Positions 42,150 through 51,992 of a DNA stretch of 64,000 nt are shown here, one piece after another. Position numbers and translations under genes: made by a program. The notes beneath the pieces were generated by a model. It saw nothing but the letters and a program-made list of their open reading frames with translations. It did no database searches and was not told where the DNA came from. Numbering within the stretch: the first letter of the stretch is position 1; each line of letters starts with the position of its first letter. The stretch comes from an uncultured Nitrososphaerota archaeon (lineage in GTDB: Archaea; Thermoproteota; Nitrososphaeria; Nitrososphaerales; Nitrosopumilaceae), in the NCBI GenBank assembly GCA_963701075.1, contig OY969559.1, forward strand, positions 800,001-864,000, in the 5' to 3' direction.

Positions 42150-42468
42150 GAAACATTGACTCCAATGCTGTTACCGTGATATCTGCAGGACACCTACTAG
42201 TACATGCTAAAATATTTTTTGATAGAATTATGTAATTTGAATTGTAATCATCGTCAGTTAAAAATTTGCAATTGGTTGTTGACGATTGCTGTAAATATTT
42301 GAAATGTTTTATCCCGACGGAGTTTTGGAAGAGCCTTAACAGGCGTTCGACGTTCTCAATGCTGACTCGGTTCTTTTCCACGCTTTAGAATCTTTTAGTC
42401 AGGCAACGGATCATGTAGAATCTTCTAGAACAATTGATGGCATTTTAATATGGATTACCTTTCGATCA

Positions 42469-43171
42469 ATGTATACATGTCAATACAAGGAGGATCTTTC
42501 TTTGCAAAAGTGGCTTTTTGATGTAAGAAGTAGAACATTTTTCCTTCTGACATTATCATTTTTTGTGCTTGTATATCTAGCAAGTGCAAAAATTCTTGTC
42601 TATCAGGATACTATCTTTGAAAATTCATTGCAAAAACTAGCGGGAAACGCTACTGTGGATCTTACTATGCAGATCTTTTCTGAGATTGGTTGGGTCATGT
42701 ATCCGATATTTGTCGCCATAGTACTTTTTATAATGAAAAGGACCAGGCGCCTGGGCCTGATACTCCTTCTTTCGCTGTTGATAGGAACCATAGCTGCAGC
42801 ATACATGCGATGCTACACAGGATATGAGAAACCAGACCTTGTGTTCATGGGGGCGCATTTATCGATAGAATCTGGGGCCGATGTTGGAGTTCCATGCCAG
42901 ATAGATGGCACATTCCCAGCTGGCCACACAGTACGAACAACAATATTTGCATTCATTGTAGGATATGCATTATCAAGAAGATTTCCTAGAGGATGGCACT
43001 TGATATGGCTGTATCCGATTCTTGTCTCAATTAGTAGGTTGTATCTACTGCAGGAATATCCAACAACAGTCATTGCCGGAGCAGTACTTGGCATCTTGCT
43101 GGCAGATATAATGTCAAAAAAGTCTCAAGATCGAACTCATCTTTGATAAATCAGAAACCCAGGGAACTTAA
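42469..43171 (+). CDS. PAP2-family membrane phosphatase-like protein; apparent +1 base at about 43123 near the C-terminus
   Basis: FPAGH and SRLYL..E.P (usual His replaced by Glu); multiple TMs; end given for the corrected frame. Confidence 0.75.
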
Positions 43172-43462
43172 GACCCGTGAGCTTATCAATACCATTGCAA
43201 AATGATCTTGATCATGACTGTAGATCCAATATCTTACGTCGCGCTCTTGTTTTGCCTTTCGTAGGTCTTGGTTAAGCTCATTCATAATTGTAAACCCGAT
43301 TTTTCTTGCTACATCTTTATCTTTGGTCATGATTACTTTGAATCCTCCTTTCTGTGCTGAAAATCCCAACTTGACCATTTCAGCTGCAATATCAGGTGCC
43401 ATGATCTCATTTTCAATCTCAAATGTTTTGGAAATAGGTATCTGTGATGGGTGAAATTCCAT
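43151..43462 (-). CDS. Hypothetical protein
   Basis: 103-aa ORF with plausible composition. Confidence 0.6.
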   Translation of the reverse strand: MEFHPSQIPISKTFEIENEIMAPDIAAEMVKLGFSAQKGGFKVIMTKDKDVARKIGFTIMNELNQDLRKAKQERDVRYWIYSHDQDHFAMVLISSRVLSSLGF

Positions 43463-43621
43463 GCGTTTTTCCTGTTAATGCCAAATAAAATCTACTTGCT
43501 CTATTTCTGATCGTGTTTAAAATTTTACGAAAAAATCTAGAAAATATGTAAAAAATATTAACTCTTATGTCAAATCCTGATCATAACAAAAACTTAATCG
43601 ATTACAAAGGCTCTAGAACGC

Positions 43622-44512
43622 ATGGCATCCTTGGAGACACTCACTAAATCATATAAAGTAAAGAAAATTGAGGTTGCAAAATTACGAAGAAAAAGTGAGA
43701 ATAATCTAAAAGAGGTACTCTCGAAGAAAAGGAGATCATCGTCAGGACTTGCATCTTTAGTAAGAAAAAATGAATCTTTAGGCAGGCAAATTGGGCATGT
43801 GGCACAACTGCTGAATCAATACATGGCACAAAAGGAGAGCATATCTAGGCTCAAGATTGCAGCTGAAGAACGACTAAGATATGAGCAAGATGCACAAGAT
43901 AGCGCAAAACAGCAAAGCGAATATGGTGGACCAGAAGAAAAGGCATCTGCACAAGAGAGGTTAAAATTCATTGGTGAAAAGATAATTGAATTACATGCAC
44001 AATTAAAGGAACGTGAAGCGATAGAGACTCGACTTGCCAAACAAATTGAGAGTTTACAAAAGGAAAAAACAAAGCTTGATTCGCAATTAAGGAAACAGGC
44101 TCACGCTAAACCTGGATTGCTTGAACAGCTAAAATCTAGCGAAAAAGCAGAGCTGGTGCTACGACCAAGAGTTCAATCTTTGATTAAAAGAGAGGCTCAA
44201 ACAACCAAAGCATTACAATCCATGGAGAAGAGATTGGAAGAGGTCATGGCTCAGAGAAGAAAAGCGGCAAGAAATGCCAAGAGAAAATCTAGGAAATCAA
44301 AAAGAGTCAAAAAACGAAGAGTTGTCAAAACAAAGACAAAGAAATCTACAGGGAAGAAAACAAGAAGAGCAAAAACACGAACTAAAAAGGCAAAAAGAAA
44401 GGTAGCAAGAAAAGTAGTAAAGAAAAAGACAGCAAAGAGAAAAATAACAAAAAGAAAGGCAAAAGCACGCACTCAAAATCAAAACGAAGATAGTAATCCT
44501 ACGCTTCATTAA
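43622..44512 (+). CDS. Coiled-coil protein with very basic Lys/Arg-rich C-terminal tail
   Basis: Heptad-rich body followed by about 70 aa of K/R-rich sequence. Confidence 0.75.
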   Translation: MASLETLTKSYKVKKIEVAKLRRKSENNLKEVLSKKRRSSSGLASLVRKNESLGRQIGHVAQLLNQYMAQKESISRLKIAAEERLRYEQDAQDSAKQQSEYGGPEEKASAQERLKFIGEKIIELHAQLKEREAIETRLAKQIESLQKEKTKLDSQLRKQAHAKPGLLEQLKSSEKAELVLRPRVQSLIKREAQTTKALQSMEKRLEEVMAQRRKAARNAKRKSRKSKRVKKRRVVKTKTKKSTGKKTRRAKTRTKKAKRKVARKVVKKKTAKRKITKRKAKARTQNQNEDSNPTLH

Positions 44513-44539
44513 TATTGAATAACTTTTTTTCCGTAAGTT

Positions 44540-45318
44540 ATGTCGCTTCCTAACAGAATTATTGTGGAAGTAACTGAGATTCCAAAACTCAAGAACCCTT
44601 CACTAATCTGCGGTCTGCCGGGAAGTGGATATGTTGGAAAGCTTGCCGTTGATCATCTAATTGAAGAATTGAAAGGAATTCCGTTTGCAAATATCTTTTC
44701 ATCATCATTTCCTCCACAAGTCTTGATTCAATCCGATGGAACTGCAGATCTCATGAAAAATACGCTATATTATTGCAAGAGTAAATCATGTGATCTTGTT
44801 CTTCTCAGCGGAGATGCCCAACCTGTTAGTCCAGAAAGCGAGTATGAGATGGCAGATGAGATAACCAAACTTTGTGAAAAACTTGGTGTGAAGACGATCT
44901 ATACACTTGCTGCATATATCACAGGAGCATTTACAAAAACTCAAAGGGTTTATGGAACAAGCACTTCGTCTGAAATCGTAAAAGAATTTCCAAAATATGA
45001 AATTCATCCAATGAATAGTGGAAGTATTACTGGAATGAATGGGTTGATAATTGGAGTGGGAAAGAGAAAGAACATAACCGGTGTTTGTCTGCTTGGGGAA
45101 ACTTCAGGCTATGTGGTTGATGCAAAGGCATCAAAAGTCTGTCATTGAAACTCTTGCCAAGATGCTTGGCCTCAAACTAGATCTAGTTGGCATTTCAAAA
45201 AAGGCACAGGATACAGAACAACTTGTTAAATCAATTGAGGAACAAATGGGTAGTAGATCGTCGCCGGAATCACTACCAATATCGCCACATGATAGAAGGC
45301 TAGGGTATATCAGACTAA
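44540..45318 (+). CDS. PAC2-family proteasome assembly chaperone; apparent +1 bases at about 45138 and 45314
   Basis: GLPGSGYVGKLA, GDAQP, LLGETSG; corrected frame ends LGYIS*. Confidence 0.85.
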
Positions 45319-45319
45319 A

Positions 45320-45925
45320 ATGAAAAAACGTGGACCAATTGTAATGATTATCGGTGCAGCGCTGATAGCTGTCGCTTTTGTAATGTCTTATTCTGTTATG
45401 GAACGAGCAGGTCTAAATTCTGGTAAGGGTGGGTTTTTTCCGTCACCAGAAAACATGTTCGATGAAGTATCAGAAAAAGAAACAATTGATCCTGGTAATG
45501 CATATACATTTTCCCATACTACTTCATCATCTCAGGTCCCATTGATGTGGGGTCTCTACATGACAGATTACAAACCCGATGACCAAGTTGCAGTAAATGT
45601 TACCAATATCTTTGGTGACAAGTTTGGCTCTTTTGAGGAAGGAGAGCCAATATTCATCAAGTCATTTATGATACCAAAGGTGGACACATATAGCTTCAAT
45701 GTGGAAAACACGGGTAACGCCTCAGTAACAGTAGAGGCCATGTTTACGGAGGATCCCGAAAAGTCAAAGGCACTAACTGATCCAAATTCGCCATTTAATC
45801 AAAACATCGTACCTCTTGCAGCTGCAGGCTTTATGTTGATAATTGGGATAATTGCAATTATCGCTGGAATAATACTTGGCGTAATAGATTGGAAAAAGAA
45901 CAGGAATCAGTCTAGGTATATCTAG
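45320..45925 (+). CDS. Membrane protein with N- and C-terminal TMs
   Basis: Hydrophobic termini around a beta-rich domain. Confidence 0.7.
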   Translation: MKKRGPIVMIIGAALIAVAFVMSYSVMERAGLNSGKGGFFPSPENMFDEVSEKETIDPGNAYTFSHTTSSSQVPLMWGLYMTDYKPDDQVAVNVTNIFGDKFGSFEEGEPIFIKSFMIPKVDTYSFNVENTGNASVTVEAMFTEDPEKSKALTDPNSPFNQNIVPLAAAGFMLIIGIIAIIAGIILGVIDWKKNRNQSRYI

Positions 45926-46221
45926 AATTCTAATACTTCGAGTTTACCGTACTTGCCTACGTTAAGAGAATTCTCTCCTCTAAATGTAGAGATGTATCCA
46001 TTTTCAATTCTGATCTTTGAACCCTGTTTTACCATCTTGATCTGTGCATCCCATAAGGTAAGCTTGATCTCTCCGGTGTCATCTTTTAGCATTGCATCTG
46101 CAACTTGGGCCTGTCCGCCTGTCTTGAGGTTTACAGTTCTTGGTTCGCTTATGCTGCCTATGACTCCTTCAACAGGCTCTAACCTGTTTTGTGGTTTGTT
46201 GAGTTGACCTATGTTTGGCAT
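45922..46221 (-). CDS. ssb: Single OB-fold ssDNA-binding protein
   Basis: LKDDTGEIKLTLW, IENGY..FRG..LNVGKYG. Confidence 0.85.
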   Translation of the reverse strand: MPNIGQLNKPQNRLEPVEGVIGSISEPRTVNLKTGGQAQVADAMLKDDTGEIKLTLWDAQIKMVKQGSKIRIENGYISTFRGENSLNVGKYGKLEVLEF

Positions 46222-46306
46222 TTAGTAAAATTTTTCGGGTTCAAATAATAAGTGTTTTGATATAAAAGATCTGCCAAGGCATCAACAACCTCTCGGCATT
46301 GGTACG

Positions 46307-46699
46307 TTAGTAAATGTCCTTACTAATGATCTCCTGAATTTTAATTGAGATCTCTGTCACTTTATACGGTTCCATGTTAGGCTCACACGTTACATAAATC
46401 AGCCCATATGAAATGTAAAATATCAATAAATGAATTTTCTCCCTCACCAAGTGTATCATACTTGTTTTTCCTAGGGTTTCATCAAATACATCAAACATTT
46501 GTTTTAACAAAAACAAGTCGTAAGAGATACGTGCCTTCTGCTCTGTGTTATGCAGAGCAATCTTGTTTTCCTTCATCTTGGATAGGATTATCTTTCCTTT
46601 ATTATCTATAATTCCAACATGACGCATAGCATCGTCTATTGCTAAAATTTTATTTACAACGTCTGGAAAACTGGTGATCTTCCATCCCTGACCATCCAA
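46307..46699 (-). CDS. Roadblock/longin-like small protein
   Basis: MRHVGIIDNKGK...FDETLGK. Confidence 0.65.
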   Translation of the reverse strand: MDGQGWKITSFPDVVNKILAIDDAMRHVGIIDNKGKIILSKMKENKIALHNTEQKARISYDLFLLKQMFDVFDETLGKTSMIHLVREKIHLLIFYISYGLIYVTCEPNMEPYKVTEISIKIQEIISKDIY

Positions 46700-46750
46700 C
46701 CAATGGGTTTGTTTTTAACTATTTCTAATATCTGAATAAATGATACATAA

Positions 46751-46849
46751 TCACGAAGAATATGCGCTCCATACCATGACGATCATCGTTATTATGAAAG
46801 CCCCAAAAATAGAGCCTAACACAATTGTTAATACTTTTTTCCTACTCAT
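46751..46849 (-). CDS. 32-aa single-TM peptide
   Basis: MSRKKVLTIVLGSIFGAFIITMIVMVWSAYSS; basic N-terminus and TM; TTAATTAAA upstream. Confidence 0.5.
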   Translation of the reverse strand: MSRKKVLTIVLGSIFGAFIITMIVMVWSAYSS

Positions 46850-46974
46850 TTTGGCTACTCTTGGTCGTGCTTTAATTAACATATTATTCATTCTATCGGA
46901 GAACACTGATACCTATTTGCAAGCCATGAATATAGTGATTAGATTTTAAATAACCATCAATAAATCAAGACGAC

Positions 46975-47646
46975 ATGAGCGAACAACCAAGAACATTCTT
47001 TAATTTCTCGTTCTTTAAGGTTGATCCAAAATGGCGCTGGATGGCAGACCTTGCAAAAGAAGAGTCTGCAAAAGAAGTGGAAATCATATTAAAAAATTCA
47101 CAAATACCTTACAGGTCATATTCTACTCTTGGACTACGCGATGACGCAGAATTCTTGTTGTGGTTTGCGTCAGAATCTGTTGAGAAGATACAAGATGTGG
47201 CCTCAAAATTATACTTGACAGTTTTTGGAAAATACATAATTCCAACACATGTTTATCTTTCATGCACAAGACCATCAGTATATACAAAAAACACAACAAC
47301 ACGCGGCTGGCTTGGTGGGGAAGAACAAAAAAAATATGTCATAGTGTATCCATTTATCAAAACTAGAGGATGGTATCTTCTTCCACTTGAAAAGAGAAAA
47401 GAGCTAATGTCAGAACACATTGCAGTTGGACAAAAATATCCCGAAGTAAATTTGAACACAACGTACTCTTTTGGAATCCACGATGAAGATTTTATGCTTG
47501 CATTTGAAACTGATAACTTGGACAAGTTTCAGGACTTGATAATGGATCTAAGAGAGACTCGAGTCAGTGAATATGTACAAGTTGATACACCCATGATAGT
47601 TTGTGTGAAAAAAGACCTTATCTCACTGATAAGGAGTCTTGGATGA
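46975..47646 (+). CDS. Chlorite dismutase / coproheme decarboxylase (ChdC/HemQ-like) family protein
   Basis: YPFIK..WYLL....LMSEH heme-binding motif. Confidence 0.85.
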   Translation: MSEQPRTFFNFSFFKVDPKWRWMADLAKEESAKEVEIILKNSQIPYRSYSTLGLRDDAEFLLWFASESVEKIQDVASKLYLTVFGKYIIPTHVYLSCTRPSVYTKNTTTRGWLGGEEQKKYVIVYPFIKTRGWYLLPLEKRKELMSEHIAVGQKYPEVNLNTTYSFGIHDEDFMLAFETDNLDKFQDLIMDLRETRVSEYVQVDTPMIVCVKKDLISLIRSLG

Positions 47647-48191
47647 TGAAGGCACTAAAGGAATGGGCAACTGTAGTAAAAGCACTTGAGAACGGAAATC
47701 AGACTGTCTTATTGAGAAAGGGCGGAATTCTTGAGACAGATTCAGGATTTAGGGTTGAGGCAACAAAGTTTGCACTGTTTCCAACTTATGAACATCAGGA
47801 TAACGCATCACTGAAATCGCAATATTATGGATATCTTGCTGATGTAAGAGAGGGCAAACCTAAGGAAGGGTACAACAGAATTACTTCTATTGCACAAGTA
47901 GTTGAGGAGTGTGATATTTCTTCAATTGAAAAAATAGAACAACTATCACCATTTCACATTTGGAGCGACTCTTATATCGTGGAAAGAATGAACTGGATGC
48001 CGTCAAAACCCATGAAGGTCATTTTTCTTAAGGTTTTCAAGATTCCTGCAACTGAGGTGCCTGTCTTACCAGATTATCACGGATGTAAATCTTGGATAGA
48101 ATTAAATGTAAATTCGGAGACTGGAAAGTCTGTTTTGAGTGATGCAGAATTACAACAACAATTAGAAGAGTTTAGGAGAATTGTAAATTGA
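47643..48191 (+). CDS. DUF1802 family protein
   Basis: ALKEW, LLRKGGI.E, FPTYEHQ, GCKSW. Confidence 0.8.
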   Translation: MMKALKEWATVVKALENGNQTVLLRKGGILETDSGFRVEATKFALFPTYEHQDNASLKSQYYGYLADVREGKPKEGYNRITSIAQVVEECDISSIEKIEQLSPFHIWSDSYIVERMNWMPSKPMKVIFLKVFKIPATEVPVLPDYHGCKSWIELNVNSETGKSVLSDAELQQQLEEFRRIVN

Positions 48192-49186
48192 AGTACAGGA
48201 CACTTGGTAAGAGTGGAATAAAGGTCTCTGAGATAGGATTTGGAGCTTGGACTCTGGGTCTTGATTGGTGGGGAAAGAAGATTGAGGATGATGAGGCTAA
48301 ACGACTGTTAAAACATGCATATGATTTGGGAATTAATTATTTTGAGACTGGGGATATCTATGGAAGAGGAAAGAGTGAACAACTAATTGGCGAAGTCTTC
48401 TCTGGAATGAGAAACGAGGTTGTGATATCTACCAAATATGGATATGACATTTACAGCAATGAACAGATAGGCCACAAAGAACTTCCTCAGAAATTCACTC
48501 CAGAATTTACTGAATTTGCTTTGCAGAAGAGCCTGGAGAGGTTGCAAACTGACTATCTTGATGTCTATGGTTTGCACAATCCAAAGATCAATACTATTCG
48601 AGACAAGCAGATATTTGATTATCTAGATAAGAAAGTAAAAGAAGGCATTGTCAAAAGCTACCAAATTGCTCTAGGCCCTGCAATTGGATGGACTAGAGAG
48701 GGTCTTGAGGCAATGGATCTTACAAACACCACTGCAGTCCAGACAGTCTATAACATCTTGGAGCAAAACCCTGGAAACATACTGGTAGAACAGGGTGAAA
48801 AGCACAATGTGGGCATTCTTGTCAGAGTACCGGATGCTTCTGGAATACTAACCGGCAAGGTTACGGCAGACACAAAGATTAGTGAAAAGGATCATCGTTC
48901 TGTGAGGAGCGGTGATTGGGTAAAACAATCCCTTCAAAAGGTTGACCAACTGATGCCGATTGCAAAACGATATGGTTGGAACATAACCGAACTTGCAATC
49001 AAGTTTCTCTTATCGCATAATGGAGTTTCGTCAGTGCTTCCTACTGTTGTAAGCGAAGAAGAGATTACAATGTTCTCGCAAATGTCTGATGGAAAATATC
49101 TTAATGTGTCAGATAAGAAAGAGATAACTGAACTCTTCAACCAATGGCCTCCATACGAACTCAAGGCATCTGCACAAACTGCATGA
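48188..49186 (+). CDS. Aldo/keto reductase
   Basis: LGKSGIKVSEIGFG, SLERLQTDYLD..LH. Confidence 0.9.
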   Translation: MKYRTLGKSGIKVSEIGFGAWTLGLDWWGKKIEDDEAKRLLKHAYDLGINYFETGDIYGRGKSEQLIGEVFSGMRNEVVISTKYGYDIYSNEQIGHKELPQKFTPEFTEFALQKSLERLQTDYLDVYGLHNPKINTIRDKQIFDYLDKKVKEGIVKSYQIALGPAIGWTREGLEAMDLTNTTAVQTVYNILEQNPGNILVEQGEKHNVGILVRVPDASGILTGKVTADTKISEKDHRSVRSGDWVKQSLQKVDQLMPIAKRYGWNITELAIKFLLSHNGVSSVLPTVVSEEEITMFSQMSDGKYLNVSDKKEITELFNQWPPYELKASAQTA

Positions 49187-49272
49187 GGAGATCCTTTCTT
49201 TGAACCTGTCTTACCAAGTGTCTTTAACAATGTTTTTCTTCTCTGTATATACAAAAGGAGATAGAACAGGAA

Positions 49273-49803
49273 ATGGTTTTGGCTACTAAAAAGACATCAA
49301 CTATGACATTTCGAATTGATGAAGACGTTCTAAACAAACTGCGAGAAGAATCTGAACACAGGGAGACAAGTCTTAACACGTTTGTCAATCAGATCTTTAA
49401 GAGATACGTAGAGTGGGATATGTTTGAATCAAAGGTTGGGATGGTACCTATTGCCAAGCCAATAATAGTTGAACTCTTCGGTAAGATGACAAAAGATGAG
49501 ATAATAGATATGGCTAACCGTATAGGCAAGAATGTTGTTCGAGATATTGCGCTGTTCATGAAGGGAGACATTAGCCTAACCTCTTTTCTGTCATGGTTTG
49601 AGATGAGGATGAAAGCCTCTTCAATTGAGATAAATCACAACATAAAAAATGGTTATCATACATTTATTGTAAAACATGATCTTGGTGATAATTGGTCATT
49701 ATACCACAAGATTGTCCTTGATTTGATATTTGCTGATGTTCTTGATAAAAAAGTCGAGTTTGACTATAATGCCGGTATGATCTCATTCAAGTTCAGTGAC
49801 TAG
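49273..49803 (+). CDS. RHH + putative ligand-binding domain regulator, paralogue 4
   Basis: TMTFRID, RDIALFMKG, KHDLGDNWSLYH. Confidence 0.8.
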   Translation: MVLATKKTSTMTFRIDEDVLNKLREESEHRETSLNTFVNQIFKRYVEWDMFESKVGMVPIAKPIIVELFGKMTKDEIIDMANRIGKNVVRDIALFMKGDISLTSFLSWFEMRMKASSIEINHNIKNGYHTFIVKHDLGDNWSLYHKIVLDLIFADVLDKKVEFDYNAGMISFKFSD

Positions 49804-49875
49804 ATGTTTGCAACTATTTGCACATGAGCACATTCTAATCTCCCTTGTTATATTGACCAGAACAAAATAGAGATT

Positions 49876-50199
49876 GTGCAGGTACTTCTTCTGGGCAAAG
49901 ATGTGGACCAAGAAAATACACGCAACGACATATTGAAGATAATCTCAAACGAGCAGGCCATCCAAGTACTTGAATGCAGCATAAATTCACCGAAATCTGC
50001 ATACGAAATCAGCACTACATGCGATATTCCTCTCACTCAGGTGTATCGATGGGTTAGAAAGTTGCACAAGATGGGGTTTGTTCGCATCTCGGGGGCAACA
50101 AATACCGCTGGTAAAAAATACTTTATGTATAAAAGCAAAGTGCGGGAAATAAAGATAGTACTAAGCGCCACTTTCAGCCCTAAAATAGAAATATCATAA
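49876..50199 (+). CDS. Winged-helix (ArsR-like) regulator
   Basis: PKSAYEISTTCDIPLTQVYRWVRKL. Confidence 0.75.
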   Translation: MQVLLLGKDVDQENTRNDILKIISNEQAIQVLECSINSPKSAYEISTTCDIPLTQVYRWVRKLHKMGFVRISGATNTAGKKYFMYKSKVREIKIVLSATFSPKIEIS

Positions 50200-50234
50200 A
50201 CAATCTCTTTTTGTATTTTATTTTTGTATTGGTC

Positions 50235-51257
50235 TTATACGGTAATTGTTTCTTCTACCTTGAACTCGTGTTCTACAAAGTATTCAACTCGGGTCTTTTT
50301 GAACTCTCTAGAGCTGAATAATATCTTGTAATCGTGTACGTCTATCTGATCTTGGATCTCACGTGCAATTTTTTGAGCATCATCATTTGATTTGCAGTGA
50401 ACCATTGAGAATACATTGTAGGGCCAGTCTGGATAAACGGGTCTCTGATAACAATGGCTTACTTGGGGAAATGCTCCTAACTGTGCTCCAACCTGCTCTA
50501 TTCTTTCTTCAGGTACCTTCCACACTATCATGCCGTTTGCCAAAAAACCTACCTCTCTGTGCCTTAGTATGGCTGCAAATCTACGCATCACGCCAATCTC
50601 TTCGTAATATTTGGCCTTTTCAAGAACCTGCTCTTCTGTTATTCCGAGATTCTGTGCAGCCTTCAAAAATGGTCTCTCAGTTATCTCAAGATCTTTTTGC
50701 AACTCGCGGATGTATCTCTTGTCCTCTTCGGTTGCAACAAATTTCACTTCACGAATCTTCTTCTTCTCTTCAACAGGCTTGACTTCTGCCTTTTTCTCAT
50801 CTACCATCTCAAGCTTTACGCCAATCTTGAAGAGCTTTATTGTTGGAAGCATTCTGACTTTGTTGATGCCCTGTAACTTTGAAAACTTGTCAATCTCGGA
50901 TTTGAGGTCTGAGCCAGGTGGAACAGCTAGGGTAAACCACAGATTGTATTCGTGATTTCTCTCATAATTGTGGCTGACGCCAGGATGCTTGTTTACTTGG
51001 TTTGCAATGTTGTCAAGTTTGTCTGCATCAATTGCCATTGCAACCAACGCACTTTTGTAACCTAGCCTTCGCGTATCAAAGATTGCGCTAAGTTGTCTGA
51101 CTATTCCAGCTTCTTTGAGTGCACGCAGCCTCTGCATCAACTCTTCGTCTGAAATTTGAAATTTCTTTGCAATATCAGAATATGGTCTTGGAACAAGAGG
51201 AAATGTCCACTGGATTTCATTTAGAATCTCTTTATCCATCTTGTCCATGAATACCAC
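50235..51257 (-). CDS. ahbAB: Siroheme decarboxylase, fused AhbA-AhbB (NirDL-like)
   Basis: Two AsnC-like halves with SHNYER..YNLWFT and SHCYQRP..W.YN motifs; divergent from sirC. Confidence 0.85.
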   Translation of the reverse strand: MVFMDKMDKEILNEIQWTFPLVPRPYSDIAKKFQISDEELMQRLRALKEAGIVRQLSAIFDTRRLGYKSALVAMAIDADKLDNIANQVNKHPGVSHNYERNHEYNLWFTLAVPPGSDLKSEIDKFSKLQGINKVRMLPTIKLFKIGVKLEMVDEKKAEVKPVEEKKKIREVKFVATEEDKRYIRELQKDLEITERPFLKAAQNLGITEEQVLEKAKYYEEIGVMRRFAAILRHREVGFLANGMIVWKVPEERIEQVGAQLGAFPQVSHCYQRPVYPDWPYNVFSMVHCKSNDDAQKIAREIQDQIDVHDYKILFSSREFKKTRVEYFVEHEFKVEETITV

Positions 51258-51338
51258 ATCAAATCTTGCTTACAATTAAAAATGTTACCTAGATTTCCGT
51301 GGAATCTATAAATATCTTACAAAGACAAGCGAGAATCA

Positions 51339-51992
51339 TTGATAGTTGATCTAAACCTCAAGGGAAATCTGGTGATTGTCGTGGGCGGAGGAAACGAGGG
51401 GCTCAAAAAGGTCAACGCATTGCTAACTCAAGATTGCAAGATTCTTCTTATCAGTGATTCAACTAACAGGCAAATAGACAAGTATGTCAAACAAAAAAAG
51501 ATTGAATTTAAAAAAATAAAACTTGTAAACGCTGATTTTATAAAAAAATACAAACCGTTTGCGGTGCTTGCAACTACAGATGATAGAGATCTGAACAGGA
51601 AGATAGTAGAACAGGCAAAGAAGATGCGATGTTATGCTTACGCTGCCGATGATCCAGAGGTCAGTGACTTTGCATTTGGCTCTGTCATAAACATCCAGGA
51701 TACTGTACAGATAGCTGTATCTACAGGCGGACGAAGTCCGGCAATGGCACGCAGACTGAGAATGCAGGCAGAAAAGGTATTCAAGAAACTAATCAAAAAG
51801 GAGGACATTTATCAAATAAAACTGCAAGACTTTGCCAGAAGGGCAGCGAAGACAAAAATTACTACTTTTCCTGAGCGCAAAAAGTTCCTCTACCGTGTCA
51901 TGAATGACAATCATATCAAACAATTAATAGCTGACGGAAACCTAAAAAAAGCACAGAAACACGTGATCGAGATGTTGGGTGATCTAAACTGA
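51339..51992 (+). CDS. sirC: Precorrin-2 dehydrogenase / sirohydrochlorin ferrochelatase (SirC/Met8-like)
   Basis: VVGGG, ATTDD..LN, AVSTGGRSP. Confidence 0.88.
   Translation: MIVDLNLKGNLVIVVGGGNEGLKKVNALLTQDCKILLISDSTNRQIDKYVKQKKIEFKKIKLVNADFIKKYKPFAVLATTDDRDLNRKIVEQAKKMRCYAYAADDPEVSDFAFGSVINIQDTVQIAVSTGGRSPAMARRLRMQAEKVFKKLIKKEDIYQIKLQDFARRAAKTKITTFPERKKFLYRVMNDNHIKQLIADGNLKKAQKHVIEMLGDLN

Noticed and set aside
44455-44512. Possible extra frameshift at the end of the basic-tail gene
   Set aside because: An alternative KSKRR* ending exists in another frame, but there is no AGCT context and no internal control; cannot be supported
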